A stretch of DNA of 63,737 bases, counting the filler, from Rhabdomonas costata (taxonomy: Eukaryota), in NCBI GenBank assembly GCA_019059605.1. It is 40 parts of 40 records of this genome, joined end to end, with 100 filler letters (N's around TTAATTAATTAA, not from the genome) between each part and the next. Parts side by side here need not be neighbours in the genome. Positions count along the whole stretch, not along the records: positions 49,483 to 50,977 come from JAHMHO010014523.1; positions 51,078 to 52,572 come from JAHMHO010014524.1; positions 52,673 to 54,167 come from JAHMHO010014525.1; positions 54,268 to 55,762 come from JAHMHO010014526.1; positions 55,863 to 57,357 come from JAHMHO010014527.1; positions 57,458 to 58,952 come from JAHMHO010014528.1; positions 59,053 to 60,547 come from JAHMHO010014529.1; positions 60,648 to 62,142 come from JAHMHO010014530.1; 32 more parts are not named here. The stretch is one strand, 5' to 3'. This document shows, in pieces, positions 50,673-63,355 of this stretch. Within the stretch, counting starts at the first letter, position 1. Every line of letters begins with the position of its first letter. Position numbers and translations under genes: made by a program. The notes below the pieces were generated by a model that had not been told where the DNA came from, made no database searches, and saw nothing but the letters and a program-made list of their open reading frames with translations.

Positions 50673-51929
50673 CTGATCATCGGGTAAGAAAGCCGAAGCA
50701 CGGCAAACGGAAAAAGAAACGTATCTACAGGCACGAGGTCTGCTGGAGAAAGCAGGTCTGCAAAAGTTGTTTTGCACTTCATCCTTCCCATCGGCCCCTG
50801 GCCCCTGTTTCGCCTCCCCCTTCTTGAACGAAAATGAGTGTCACAGAATGATCGCGGGGGTGCGACGACCCAAAGCGAGCCATAAAAAGTAAAAAGAAGC
50901 CCCCAATAAAAAATGCCAGAGAAAGGGTCGCCAAAAACAATAGGGACCACCAAACAACCCCCAAACACACCCACCACNNNNNNNNNNNNNNNNNNNNNNN
51001 NNNNNNNNNNNNNNNNNNNNNTTAATTAATTAANNNNNNNNNNNNNNNNNNNNNNNNNNNNNNNNNNNNNNNNNNNNGTTGTGGGTGACTGGGACAGTGT
51101 AAATGTTTGTGTTTGTGTTTCGCAGGGGGTCCCAAGTAATCGCAAGTTTTTATGATTTTCTTTCACGGCTTTTGCTGAATTCCTTTTTCATCGTCCTCCT
51201 GTCGACTTTGGAACTGTTTTTTGAAGTTTTATAGTGTCATGCCACCTAGCATTTCAAGTTAGTTTTCTCTGGGCAATTGCCCGACCTGAATGTACAAGGC
51301 AATTTTCCCTTCTCCGCCAGGGCGTGGGTTGACTAACACTTTTTGCGGTTCACCTGGTTCACCTCGGTCATTTGCCTTCCTCATTATCAATCTCACTTTT
51401 AAAGTGCCTAGGGTGTTGTCTGGGCGTAGTTGTTGGCGCAACCACAGTCAAATCCCCACTCTTCGGCACTACCGATTTCCTTGGACTTGTGGGCGGGTTG
51501 GCCCCGCCTCACCTGTAACCTGAGGTCGACTTTCCCAGTCAGAATGAATTCGTTTTTTGTTGGTCCACTCTGAGGCGCCACGGGTCCCAGCAATCGTAGC
51601 CGTACATAACATGCTCCACTGTTTGTTGTGTTCACGGTTGAGCATGAAGGTAAGGGCAGAAACGCCAAGAAGGTGCTGCAAAGGTGCCTGGTTGGACTTC
51701 CCCCAATAGCCGAGGCCCAGGCCCGAAGGTTGGAATTGCCTGTTGTTGTTTTTTTTACAATGCCGATGCCACCAGTGAGAGATTTGGGAAAGGGGAATTT
51801 CACATGAAATCATGCATTACATTACATCACATTAAATTATAGAGCCATCCTCAAAAGTTTTCTGGGTTAGGGGTTGAGGTTTGGAGAGGTTTGCACCTTC
51901 GAATGGCGCTGACGAATTCTCTCCTGCAG

Positions 51930-52050
51930 ACCAAGATGATTAAGAAAGGTGCCGGGGTTGTGGACACGTACAGCAACATGCAGTCCGAGGCACACGTGTT
52001 CGAGGAGGGCTCCGAGGTCTACCAGTGCACCCTCAATCAGACCAACATCG
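51930..52050 (+). CDS. PARP (PARP2-like) exon at the start of the WGR domain
   Basis: TKMIKKGAGVVDTYSNMQSEAHVFEEGSEVYQCTLNQTNI(G); AG/GT bounded. Confidence 0.85.
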
Positions 52051-53382
52051 GTCTCTTTCTCTCCTTCTTTCTTCCACAACCGCAGACAGTGAAGCAGAAA
52101 CTAAGGACCTCCCATCACCCACACGTGCAATCCATCTCCCCGCTCGTCCTCCGATTTCAGGTGCGAAGGGACCCACGAAAAGCCCACATCAAAATATCGC
52201 AGCCATAAGTTTTGACAAGGTCTGGTCAGTCAGCGGTAGATTCAAATTGCATGAGGTTTTCATTCCGGTGTTGAACACTCCCGGGAGCGTGAGCTCAGGC
52301 TTGTCCCAGATGTTTCCGCTAATTGCAGGTATCCGAGTCTGACAAACCAATGTCATGGGTTCTCGTTTTGAAATCTTACTGACGCGAAACAATGCGCGGT
52401 TCGAGTATCTCCAGGTGTCCAAATTCCGCCTGAGAGTTATTATAACAGGCCCCCGGCCTCCGTGACCTCACCAGGAAGCGTGTTTTTATACTTTTTTTTT
52501 CGACGAAATCGCGATTACAGCAGCAGCGACCTCGGTTTTGGACGTTGGATTGAGATTTCGTCGAAAAAAAAANNNNNNNNNNNNNNNNNNNNNNNNNNNN
52601 NNNNNNNNNNNNNNNNTTAATTAATTAANNNNNNNNNNNNNNNNNNNNNNNNNNNNNNNNNNNNNNNNNNNNGTTGTGGTGTGGACTCCCGAAAAACACT
52701 GTAGAAGCTGAAAATATGGCAGGATGGATGTTGAGGGGGGTTTAACGGTTACCACTGGTAACATTACTTTTGCTAAACTAACGGTCAGCGCAAAGGTCGT
52801 TGGGTCACCTGCTCCATAGATGAGCGTTTTCGTCAAGAAGATGAAAACCACTGGTGGTTAAGGACTCGCCAATGGCTGGGATGTGTCCGGACGAGTAGTG
52901 TGTCCGGACTGCATTAGTTTAGGCGGCCGGCACCGGCGGGGACAGTCCGCGACGCGGCCGGAGAGGGCGGCTGGGGTGGGAACGAGACCTGAGGCCTTTT
53001 AACGACTTTTTTGAATATCCTAAACAACCTCCAGAACATTGACGTTATTCCATCTCGAAGGTCCCGAAAACTTCCCGGAAAAACCGTAGGACGGCATATG
53101 AAAGGGTACATCCACACCTGCAAAGAAAACTTAGCCGCAAAACAAGAAAGGTTGCATTGCAGCAGGTTCCACCTCAGCGGTTCGCACGAAGGGGGTGCCG
53201 AGATGGCAGGGAGTTCGCTGCATGCATACAGAGATGGAAGCGTTCCCACGCAAAAGGTAACCGAAGACGCGTCCACGTGCAGGACAACATCGAAAGCATC
53301 AAAAAGCACTCACTTCGGAACCCCTGACCACAAGACATCAATCCAGGGCGACTTCTGACGCTGTTTTGCAGCATCTGTATCT

Positions 53383-53692
53383 CAGCTCTGGAGAAAGTCT
53401 AAGGCAGGCACAAGGACACGAATCTCTTCTCTCGCGGCAACCTCACCGTGCAGAAGGGAAAATTCTGGCGGGTGCCGGAATGCATGAGCAAAGAAAAACA
53501 AAATATGAAAAGGCCCAACCAACAAAAAACACAGGTAGAAAAAGTTGTTCTGGCCCCGCCTTGCACCATCTGAATCCCAGCTCTAGAGAAAGTCCAAGAC
53601 ACGCACAGGAACACAAATTTCTTCTCTCGCGGCAGCCTCACCGTGCAGAAGGGAAATATATGATGGGTGCCGGAATGCAGCAGCAAAGAAAA
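53383..53692. repeat. Diverged direct duplication (about 115-bp unit, 195-bp period)
   Basis: CTTCTCTCGCGGCA.CCTCACCGTGCAGAAGGGAAA..GGGTGCCGGAATGCA occurs twice. Confidence 0.85.
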
Positions 53693-54999
53693 TGAAATAT
53701 GAAATATGAAATATGAAAAGTAAATAAAAAAACAACTCGACGCCTGTGATCAATCGGGGTGATTATGATGTTCCGCAATTGAAAATTAAAAAAGAGAAGC
53801 AGGATGTGTTGGGGAGTGAGGTACGCAAGGAGGAAGTGAACGGCTTCCTCGCGTGCAGGCAGGCTAAATGGGGGAGTCGGCAGGAGAGGCCAGGAAGAAA
53901 ACACAATTTTTTTCGAGGGAGGAACGCGATCTCGGGCGTTACCCACGCCAGGCACCAGGAAAAACTGGGCAGGACGTTTATTTGGTGTCTCTGCCTGAAG
54001 GGGAACCGCCGGGAACAGCAACAAGAAACAAATAACGACCGACAAAGTGTATGCGTCAGGGGCAAAACCAGATGTCGCTTGACAAAACTAAAATAGGATC
54101 ATAATATGACAAAAATTCTTCAGATTGGTCCCCTTTCCCCTCATGAGTCAATGCAACGACAAAAACCNNNNNNNNNNNNNNNNNNNNNNNNNNNNNNNNN
54201 NNNNNNNNNNNTTAATTAATTAANNNNNNNNNNNNNNNNNNNNNNNNNNNNNNNNNNNNNNNNNNNNGGGTTGCAGTCACGTGTATTGGACGGTGAGATG
54301 GTCGAGTTAGCAGCGCCGAGGCGGCTGCTGATTGGTGATGGTAACGATGCAATGAAGCCGGGACTCTCGCAAACGAATGCTGAATGTAATACCTTTTCAT
54401 TTCGTTCTGTGTGTGTCACCTCGGTGTGCGCACGAGTTTAAGGTAATGGGTTTATCACCTTGTCATATTGCGGATTTTCCCCCTGACCGATTTCCATGCT
54501 GTAAGAAGAGATTGCCCTGCTGCGCGTAACAACTGGGGTGATCTATGATGATGTCTGCATTCCGGCACCATCACTTGCCCATCCTGCCCTGTTGAGCAAT
54601 GCATTGGCCCTTGCGTGAGGGAATTTTCCTCCCAGATGTCTGGAAATGATAAAAGTGGCTGGGAAAGGAACCATCTCCATATTGGCTTTTCATTCCTCTG
54701 TCATGTTGATAATGCGAGGAGTGCAGGTTGGAACGGAGCTGCCTTGCAGAAGTGCTGGGTGGAAGAGCAAATCAAGTGGTGTCTGTTGATGAAAGCATTT
54801 TCCTGCGACTGACTTGTCTGTTCCGACCTTGGGAACAGTGCTGGCTGAAGTTCAAGCTCTGTCTTGTTTTTGTATTGACTGCCAAAAAGAGTACAAAAGC
54901 GAATATGTCCTATATCCTTTAGACGCATGGTCGGAGGGCCCAATGTAGAATTCCAGCGAACTTTCTGGGGGATTTTCAGGATTTATACCTTTGAGTCGA

Positions 55000-55681
55000 A
55001 TGATTAATTTGCTCTTCGTGGCGTTTGCCGCAGTTGCTGTGATAGCTGGGGTGCATGTCTTTCGCACTCCCCGGGCCAGTGTCCTTCCCGGGTCATTTCT
55101 GGAACCCGACGAATGCCTCAAAGCAATCTCTGCCGTCGCTGCGTACGACGAGCGTTTTGAGGACCGGCTCGCTCATAAGGCACTCCGGGCCCACAAGGCT
55201 CGCACCTCGGAAGAGTTCGAGGTACTAATGTTGCAGCAGCGCGAAAATGGAACGAAGTTCGGCTGCATCTATGCCTTGGGCTGGGTGTCTGAGGTCTTTG
55301 AGGGGCTGCGGCAGCAATGGCAGGTGTGGCGTAGCATTCTCCTCCACTCTTTTGGGAGATGGGGATAGGCCTAAAAGTCCTGATTGGGCTACTGTGGGTC
55401 CCGATTGGTGCAAAACCGAACCGCTTCTCAAAGGAGGACTTTTCAATGGGCTTGGTGAGAAAAAGAAGGAAGTAGAGGGACTCATGGGGTACTGCGTCTC
55501 AGAATAGCTAGCTAAATGCTGGCTCTGTGCATGGTTCTCACAGGAATTCCGTCACCCGCCATACGACTTTCGTGCTGGTTTCGTGGAGCTCTTTGGAGAC
55601 GATATAGTGAAAGCCTTCGCCGCACGGCGGGGTGCCAGTGGGACCCGAGTACTGTATCACTTCATGCTGATGGGAAACCAC
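55000..55681 (+). CDS. Signal-anchored protein (possibly GT90-like); exons 55000-55323 and 55544-55681
   Basis: ATG plus hydrophobic N-terminus; phase-0 GT-AG intron; ...RVLYHFMLMGNH. The family call is weak. Confidence 0.6.
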
Positions 55682-55862
55682 GTGCACGGTATCAAGCGTG
55701 GTTACAAGAGAAACACCCTCCTAAAAATAGCTTCTCCCTCTTGCTCGGTGCTCTCTCCACCCNNNNNNNNNNNNNNNNNNNNNNNNNNNNNNNNNNNNNN
55801 NNNNNNTTAATTAATTAANNNNNNNNNNNNNNNNNNNNNNNNNNNNNNNNNNNNNNNNNNNN

Positions 55863-57100
55863 GTTTGTGGGGCATTTGGTTAGCTTTTGAATGCCTATAA
55901 AACTATTTTTGCTGTGCGCTGTATTCACTTGTTTTAATGCACTACTTCTGTTTGCGTCAATTTCTGCTAACATTAATGTACTTTGAATTTTACGTATTGT
56001 ATCAGCAGTGATGTTATCCTGGACCTTGTGTCATCCTAGCTGGAAAGAAAATATGCTCCTGTACAGCTCCTTTCCTGTATTGCGTGTCGGCCGTTTTGAG
56101 CTTTCATTTTTATTTGTTTTGTGCATACACGACTTATCTTTACAAACCCACAAAGACTCATATTAATACTTTTCTACGACGTGACTAGTAATTAGTCTGT
56201 AATAAGTCTATGTTTATAATGTCACAACATATGCAGACTGGTTTTCCTGCTTACACATTGCAAATCAACGAGCTGACAAATTTCCATGATTTACAGGATT
56301 TTGGTGGTCCTTCCATGACACGCGAACACCAGGCATTTGTATTTTATTTAGAAAAGTCGACTAATTTGACTCATAGATTTAATTCTTGAATATTACGAGG
56401 CAACGTTTACAGGTCATGTGCTAGTGACAGTTATATGCAAACGTGCTTACAAGTCACATTGCAGTAGCGTTTTTTACAAGAACATTTTGACACAATTATC
56501 CCACAAAATACGTTTTACAGCGCACATTACAGCATGCACATGATGTTACCGTATTCATTAATCCAACGATTTAACATGGCGACAAAGTGATGTAAATACT
56601 CTGCCAAAATTAGTTCGTCGTGAAGAACGTTTAATTCATTATGAACATTCATCCAAAATGTTAGTAAATCCACAGGCATAATCACAACTACATGATCCAT
56701 GTCACTAACCACACCATAAGTATAGGAGCGCTCACTCAACCCAAGGGTGTGTACGATGTCATTCTATGTGACCTCAACACTGAACATTCCAACACAAATG
56801 GTTGTATCAGCATCAAACACCATCATCAACATATGTGTATGAATGAAAATTGTAGCAGCATGCGTAAGTGACCATCACGACACAGAAAAGCACCTACTGT
56901 ACCACGATGGGTATTCATCATACAACTTTTCTAACCAAACCACCGTTGGTAGAGGCGTAGCATAAAGTCGTATTTTCACTCTTGCATGTATACTCATGGT
57001 TGCCTGTAACATAATGTCATCAATCCATTCAACGTGTTTTGGTATTGAGCGTAATATGTAGTGAAGTATGGCGAGTGATTTATTGCCGCTGCCACCGCTG
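55863..57100 (-). mobile_element. Decayed Ty1/Copia RT-RNaseH relic
   Basis: RLYATPLPTVVWLEKL (resembles LYGLKQ..R.W..KL), HTYVDDG, KFVSSL..SAYVV (resembles VGSL..RPDIAYAV); AT-rich with many stops. Confidence 0.55.
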
Positions 57101-57532
57101 GCACTTCAGGCTGGCATGCATCGATCATAGTTCATTGTTTAGCGTACATTGGTCATCGTTCATCTGTTTAGCGTACATTCTGCCGTTTTGGTCATCAACA
57201 CGCTTACGTCACAACTCAAGGCCATTGTTATCATCTCTATGTGGTGGTGGTTGCCGCGAAACCCTGCGCACCATTCACTCTTTTGTACAGCAGTATCTCA
57301 CTAACAACAACCCCCAATCGCATATCGTCCACATTATGCAAGCTTATTACCCAATTGNNNNNNNNNNNNNNNNNNNNNNNNNNNNNNNNNNNNNNNNNNN
57401 NTTAATTAATTAANNNNNNNNNNNNNNNNNNNNNNNNNNNNNNNNNNNNNNNNNNNNGGTGGGGTGGGGATGAAACAGATGGATGAGGGGGTGGGGATGG
57501 AACGTGACTTGGGGGCGAAGAGGGGGTTTCAG

Positions 57533-57609
57533 GGACTGTTTGTGGTGGACTGGGGGGTCCCGCGAGGTTGACGGACTGTTTGTGGTGGACTGGGGGGTCC
57601 CGCGAGGTT
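57533..57609. repeat. Tandem duplication, 2 x 37 bp
   Basis: GGACTGTTTGTGGTGGACTGGGGGGTCCCGCGAGGTT occurs twice. Confidence 0.9.
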
Positions 57610-59063
57610 CACTGGGGAGCGTAGGGAGGACGCCCCCCAGTTTGCCAGTTTGGGGTCTGGGGGGCACGGGACGAAGTTCCAGTGGAGGCAGTGGCAGATG
57701 CGGCAGGGGTAGGGCGGAGGTTGTGCGGTGTCCCAAAGCTTGCCTTGGGCGGATGTGGTCCCCCGTCGAGGTTCAGAGGCATTCAACGGCGATGCCGATG
57801 TAAGAGGGGCCGTTGTCTTTTGGCAGCCCGTCTGTGCGGGCATGGCTTGGCAGGGTTTTTTGTTAGCCTTTGTCCTGACTTTTTTGCGGCTTTAGCTGCA
57901 GCCATTTTTAAATTACATAGGATTTCGAACAAAATTCAGTCCCATTGTTGCTTTCACACTCAATCCAAATCTACAGACATCTAATGTTTGGAGTTCAGAG
58001 GACTCCGGGAAGATTCCACCTCGGATTCATGTTCATCACTAGACAAGATTGGAAACAAAAATACCTTTACGAAAAGACCCGTCACTCCCATCTTCACCCG
58101 GGTTGTCCATCGCGCAATTGGATCCTCAACTTTCCAACGTGGGGACTGGTATCCTATTAAGTTATTTGATTTACTTATAATGTCATTGGGCCCCCCGTAT
58201 GACAACTTTCTTAAATCCAGTGCGTTTTGGTTACTATTTTTGAATTATTGGGATTAATATTTTATGAATATGTTTTTTGTAGCTGAAATTTATTATGCTC
58301 CAGACTGCTGCAGACTTTCTGTTATTGCCAACCACCAAGCAAGTTTGCGGACTTTTTCCACGTTTATATTTATCGCTCTAAGAGACACAATCACGAAAAA
58401 GAAACAAAGGCTGTAGATCTTAAACTTGACAAGGAGAGGATGAAGGTCAGCTTGTGCAGGAAGACCAAGGGGGCGTGCTTGTTTTTCTTGCTCTGGGCCT
58501 TTTTGCGCAGCGCGGCTTCGCGGCGAGACCGGGCGGTAGCTGGTGCGTGATTAGACGTCGACGGCGGGCTGGTGCTCCGACCCCGGATGAGCAGTAAGTC
58601 GAGAGATACAACCCCGAAGAGGGAGGTGCAGAAGCAGCACTGCTTCTACTCGGAAAGGGGCACAGGACTGAAGCCCGAGCACTGCCCTGAACAGGTAGAT
58701 GCAGAATCGGTAGCCCGAGCACACTGCCCCGTTGCTCGAAGAGGAAAGGCAGTGTCCCGAGCACTGCCCCAGGAAAGGCACCCCAGAGCCAGAGGTGCCC
58801 GAGCACTCCCCCGAACGGGAAACCGCAGATGAGCCGAAAATAACAGTCACGCGGAGAACGGAGAAAACCGAGGTGCGGGCGAAAGCGGAAGATCCTCCTT
58901 TGGGTTGGGGACAACGGGAGGCGGGAGTCCCCCCTAGAAGACACCACAACCCNNNNNNNNNNNNNNNNNNNNNNNNNNNNNNNNNNNNNNNNNNNNTTAA
59001 TTAATTAANNNNNNNNNNNNNNNNNNNNNNNNNNNNNNNNNNNNNNNNNNNNGTGTTGGGGGT

Positions 59064-59070
<7 letters not shown>

Positions 59071-59094
<24 letters not shown>
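59071..59094. repeat. (AG)n microsatellite
   Basis: Seen directly. Confidence 0.9.
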
Positions 59095-59095
<1 letters not shown>

Positions 59096-60378
59096 TCTCA
59101 TAAAAATATTCCATAATTTCAGCTTTGTCCCATTCCCATTTCTCAAAAAATAAAGGATAATTCCTAAGGATAATTCCTTTTATAGGTTTTCATGAATACG
59201 ATTCATTAATACCTTTTGATTCTTTGACTTAGGGTACTTTTAGGTTACTTTCGGTACCTGAACAACACACTAGTGTGGCAGGATACTACGGTGTATCGGT
59301 AACAATCGGCAACAAAAAGGGGGCAAACTGTGGCAAAAAGAACCAAAAACATGACAAACAGGACGTAATAAGCTGTAAATACAGTGCTTGACGCTCATTG
59401 TGGACGCTTCTAACCATTTGAAGCCTCCTTTGTCATCTTGTCATGCCCACCATTCAATATTTTCATAAAATATTTTCCAATTTTTTTAGTCAAAATTGCG
59501 AAAACTTATGAAACTTATGAAACTTATGCAACTTAAGTGACGATAGTCCCCCGCTACCCAACGAAAACGGGCTAGACGGGCCAGAAGGACAGGAATGGCG
59601 TGCGGGGGATATTGAACGTGCCAGTTTCCCCTTCCAGCGGGCCAAGCGAGAGGGACAGCTGCCTAATATTTATTAACACTACTGGAAGAAGTTACAACAA
59701 AAAGCTACGCGCTGCACTCACCGGAAAAACCATCGCTCACCTCGGCTTTGTTCTGATTTTCGCTTTTCCGTTCGTTCGGCCGTGCTTGTCTGAATAAATA
59801 ACTTGAAAAAAACCCCAACCATTCCTGGTTTTTTCCTTGACTTAGGGACATGTTCATGGTTGGTCGTCTGCAGCCTTAGCTAAAAACTGTTTTAAAACGT
59901 TAGATGCCAGCACGTGCGAAAAAATGTTGGTCCTGCAAGCCTCCTTCGTTCCAGGTATTTCTCTCTCATTCTCTCTTTCGCTCGTGGACACCCAGAGTCG
60001 AAACAAAAACACCAACAAAGAATCGAATTCTCTGGGGGCATCCGCGCCTTTTGCAATTCGGGTTAGCCGTCCCGTCCACCTTGCCACCTCTGACTAAGAA
60101 ACGGTCCAGACAGGACCTTGGTTTTCATCTTCTGCGAGAAAACACGCCTCATCCAGTTCATACTCAGGAAAATTCAGTTGATCTAAGGGCCAGGGCCACA
60201 GACGACGGACAACGATGTCGCAAATGGCCCTTAATCCTGTCCATTAGCAATTTCAACGGCTTCCACCGATCCACAAGTTATTCTATATCTAATTCCATTT
60301 AATTCTGGGCGTTTTGGGTCAAGTCACCACATCAGCTGGTCGGACACACGACCCCGGGTTCCAGAAAGTGCAGCGTAC

Positions 60379-60507
60379 CCACGAGTGCGCAACAAAGTGC
60401 GCAAACGGGATGTCCTCTGCGTCCAGCAGGGCAATTATATCCGCCACCACCTTGTCCACCGCCTGCCGGGGGGACGACACCGCAGCGCACAGCAGACCGT
60501 TGTCCCA
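60379..60507 (-). CDS. Alpha/beta-hydrolase exon
   Basis: VVADIIALLDAEDIPFAHFVAHSW(G) nucleophile elbow; AG/GT bounded, 43 codons. Confidence 0.8.
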
Positions 60508-61159
60508 CTGCAAAAATAGTGAACAGGCGGCCCCCACCCCAACACCCNNNNNNNNNNNNNNNNNNNNNNNNNNNNNNNNNNNNNNNNNNNNTTAATTAAT
60601 TAANNNNNNNNNNNNNNNNNNNNNNNNNNNNNNNNNNNNNNNNNNNNTGTTTGTTGGATCCCTCAGGGACTCCCCGGGACATGGCGAGGTGGGTGGGTGC
60701 GCTACTGTTGAACATCGTTGAACATTAATAGCCGTGATGGAAAGTTGTTTGGCAAGCATCTGAATGAATGCGAGGCGTTGTGTACAATATAAAAATGCTC
60801 ATATGGGGCTCAAAACGACATTTATTTGCTAAAAACACATGACGCTGAGACATCGAAAATTCGACTTTATTACATCCCTGAAAGGCAAGAAAAATTAGCT
60901 GGTATATCAGTGCTAAGGGCTGAGCTGGCCTACACCACTGACTTGAAAGAAAATCTGGGGCCCCAAGATGCAGACCGCGATCTCGACTGTACAGAGCTGG
61001 TCAGGTGGCAATCCCAGGCATCCTCGTGGGAAATCGGTTGCGGGACACGGGGGCTGGGCGGCGGTGATTGGTAATAAACAGCTCACTGATGCAGAAGGCC
61101 AGCGTCTACCTTCGCTTTTTTAAACCCGCAACTTCACAGCCTCACATACATACATATAG

Positions 61160-61286
61160 GACGCGATCACCGTGTTGGTGACGTTGCGGTTGCCCAAGAT
61201 TCCGAGTGGGGTATTTCCGAAGCTGGTCTTTGATGGGCGCCCGCGCAGCCTGCTCCACGAACAACTGCATTTTTGGGCAGATGCCT
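61160..61286 (+). CDS. Probable exon with weak resemblance to a Roco COR domain
   Basis: TAG|DAITVLVTLRLPKIPSGVFPKLVFDGRPRSLLHEQLHFWADA|GT. Confidence 0.3.
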
Positions 61287-61553
61287 GTGCCGCGCCTTCA
61301 AACATGCCCTCTTTCACCTACCACCATGTTACCTACCCCTTTATCGTTTCTCCGGGTGGGGTACTTTTCGAAATGTCCTTTACTTCGATTGCTAGTCAAA
61401 AAACTTCGATTTATAAAAGTATCCTGCTCTTTTTTCGGCACTCTCTTTTTCCACCATTCGCTTTGACGAATGCCCACCTCAGCGGACTTTCGTGCCGACC
61501 TCAACCCAGACCACAAAATTCCTGCCCCACACCACAATGAGTGTTGCAAGTAT

Positions 61554-61919
61554 GTTGGGGGCGGGGCAGTGGTAACCGTTACCACCGGTAACGGTTTTTG
61601 CTGTTGGAGCATTTTTTGTTGTTAAGTTGTAAAATGCCCCCCAGGTCACGTCCCCGCCCAAGCCGCCTTTGCCTCTAAACTAATGCTGTCCTACTCTTCC
61701 GTCCATATCCCAGACATTGGCGAGCCCTTATCCAGCAGTATTTTTCAGCTGTTAAGCAAAAACAATCATCAAGCGGGCATTGGCAAAGCTTACCTGACTC
61801 CCTAACACAAAGATTAACTCACTTCGAGCGTGCTGGCATATTTTACGACTTTTTTCATTGTTAATTCAACGACAGCTTTCTGTTACCATTGGTAACCGGT
61901 ACCACTCCCCCCCCCCAAC
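61554..61919. mobile_element. MITE-like element with imperfect TIRs of about 40 bp
   Basis: GTTGGGGGCGGGGCAGTGGTAACCGTTACCACCGGTAAC versus GTTACCATTGGTAACCGGTACCACTCCCCCCCCCCAAC. Confidence 0.6.
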
Positions 61920-63268
61920 TTCCATTGGGCCCAATGAGTTCGCTTGAATAGGGCTACTCATTGGTAAGGACGAACTAAAACCCTTTTAATAGAGGCATCG
62001 CCGATTACGGCTACGCCACTGAGTGGTGACCCTAACGCAGACAACAATGGCCGATGCCCGACACCATCTGATAAATCCCCCCCCCCAACTGCCATACGCC
62101 GCCTCCGAATCTCCTTCGAACATTCGCTTCTTCCACACACAANNNNNNNNNNNNNNNNNNNNNNNNNNNNNNNNNNNNNNNNNNNNTTAATTAATTAANN
62201 NNNNNNNNNNNNNNNNNNNNNNNNNNNNNNNNNNNNNNNNNNTTTTGTGTGGGAAAAGCGTTGTTTGCCAGCTTCATTTAAAAGTGGGAAATTTTCATTG
62301 AACAGGATTTCGGAACTCAGCGAAATAAAAGGAAAAAAGACAATGTCACTGAAATGATCTGCATCTGTTATCGGGGCTTCATGTTTCGCGATCGTGGGCC
62401 ATAAGCCCTCTTTCTTGGTGTACGCAAATGACAAATATATTAATTTTGGAGGCAGAATTCACAAGTAAAAGCGATAGGGAAGGGAACTAAGAACCGAGCG
62501 TGAGGACAGCAGTCCTCACTTCTTGCAGGAAAATCTATCACAAGAGGGTGTGCATCTGAGGGGAGGGAGGGGAAAGTACTGTTTCTTCTGCTGGGAAGCA
62601 AAGACAACCAGTCGGGGACTATCCGCTGTCCAAGAGACACGACTGCGGTGGGGAAAAAGTATTGACCAGAGAAGCGACCACAATCACACGGAAGCGGATC
62701 CCCACACCCAAAATGGCACCCAGCAAAAGCCCGGGAACGATGTTCGTGGGAACGTCCTTCAGGGAGTGTACGGCGATATCCGCCTTGAGGCTCAGGAGCG
62801 ACTCCTCGAGCTCCTTTGAGACAAAGCAGCAGCAACAGCAGCAGCATAAAAGCTCAACCCCTTATGAGATGGAGAAGTATCCTGCGCACCACGACGATCC
62901 TTGTCACAGGCATACCCACTTCTGAACGACACGGACATCGAGTCTAAAAAAACACACAATGCTCGGCAGAGATGGGAGGAGGCATTCACTTGGAAGCGCA
63001 GAAGGATACGTTTTGATGTACAGGAAATATTGTACTGCTTTACTTCAAAAGTGAGCTAAATCACCCTTTTCGGACTTCATAGCAAAAAATTAGCGAAAAT
63101 GAAAATTGACACATGTTCCCCAGTTGGCTTCCATGCGTTGCTGTTGTTGCAAACGTTTCCTGATTGGATGAGAAAAATTATAATGTGAAGCGGGTCAGAA
63201 ATCCGGGGCCGCAAACAGCCCGTGCTGGAAGGGAATGGCCAAGAGAAGCTGCTCAACCAACGAAATAC

Positions 63269-63355
63269 CTTGGTGAACAAGCCCTTATCACCAATATTCC
63301 ACAGTTCTCGGTCGAGAACCTTGTCACCCAACGTCTTTGTAGAGACGATCTCAAT
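63269..63355 (-). CDS. hemC: Porphobilinogen deaminase exon
   Basis: CAG|IEIVSTKTLGDKVLDRELWNIGDKGLFTK|GT; classic GD..LD..L..IG.KGLFTK motif. Confidence 0.92.

Noticed and set aside
50481..52050. ART exon next to a PARP exon, suggesting an ADP-ribosylation cluster
   Set aside because: They are on different contigs separated by a linker; adjacency only reflects concatenation order
62520..62990. Possible LINE C-terminal zinc-knuckle relic ([11 protein letters not shown])
   Set aside because: Too degenerate to support without a profile search
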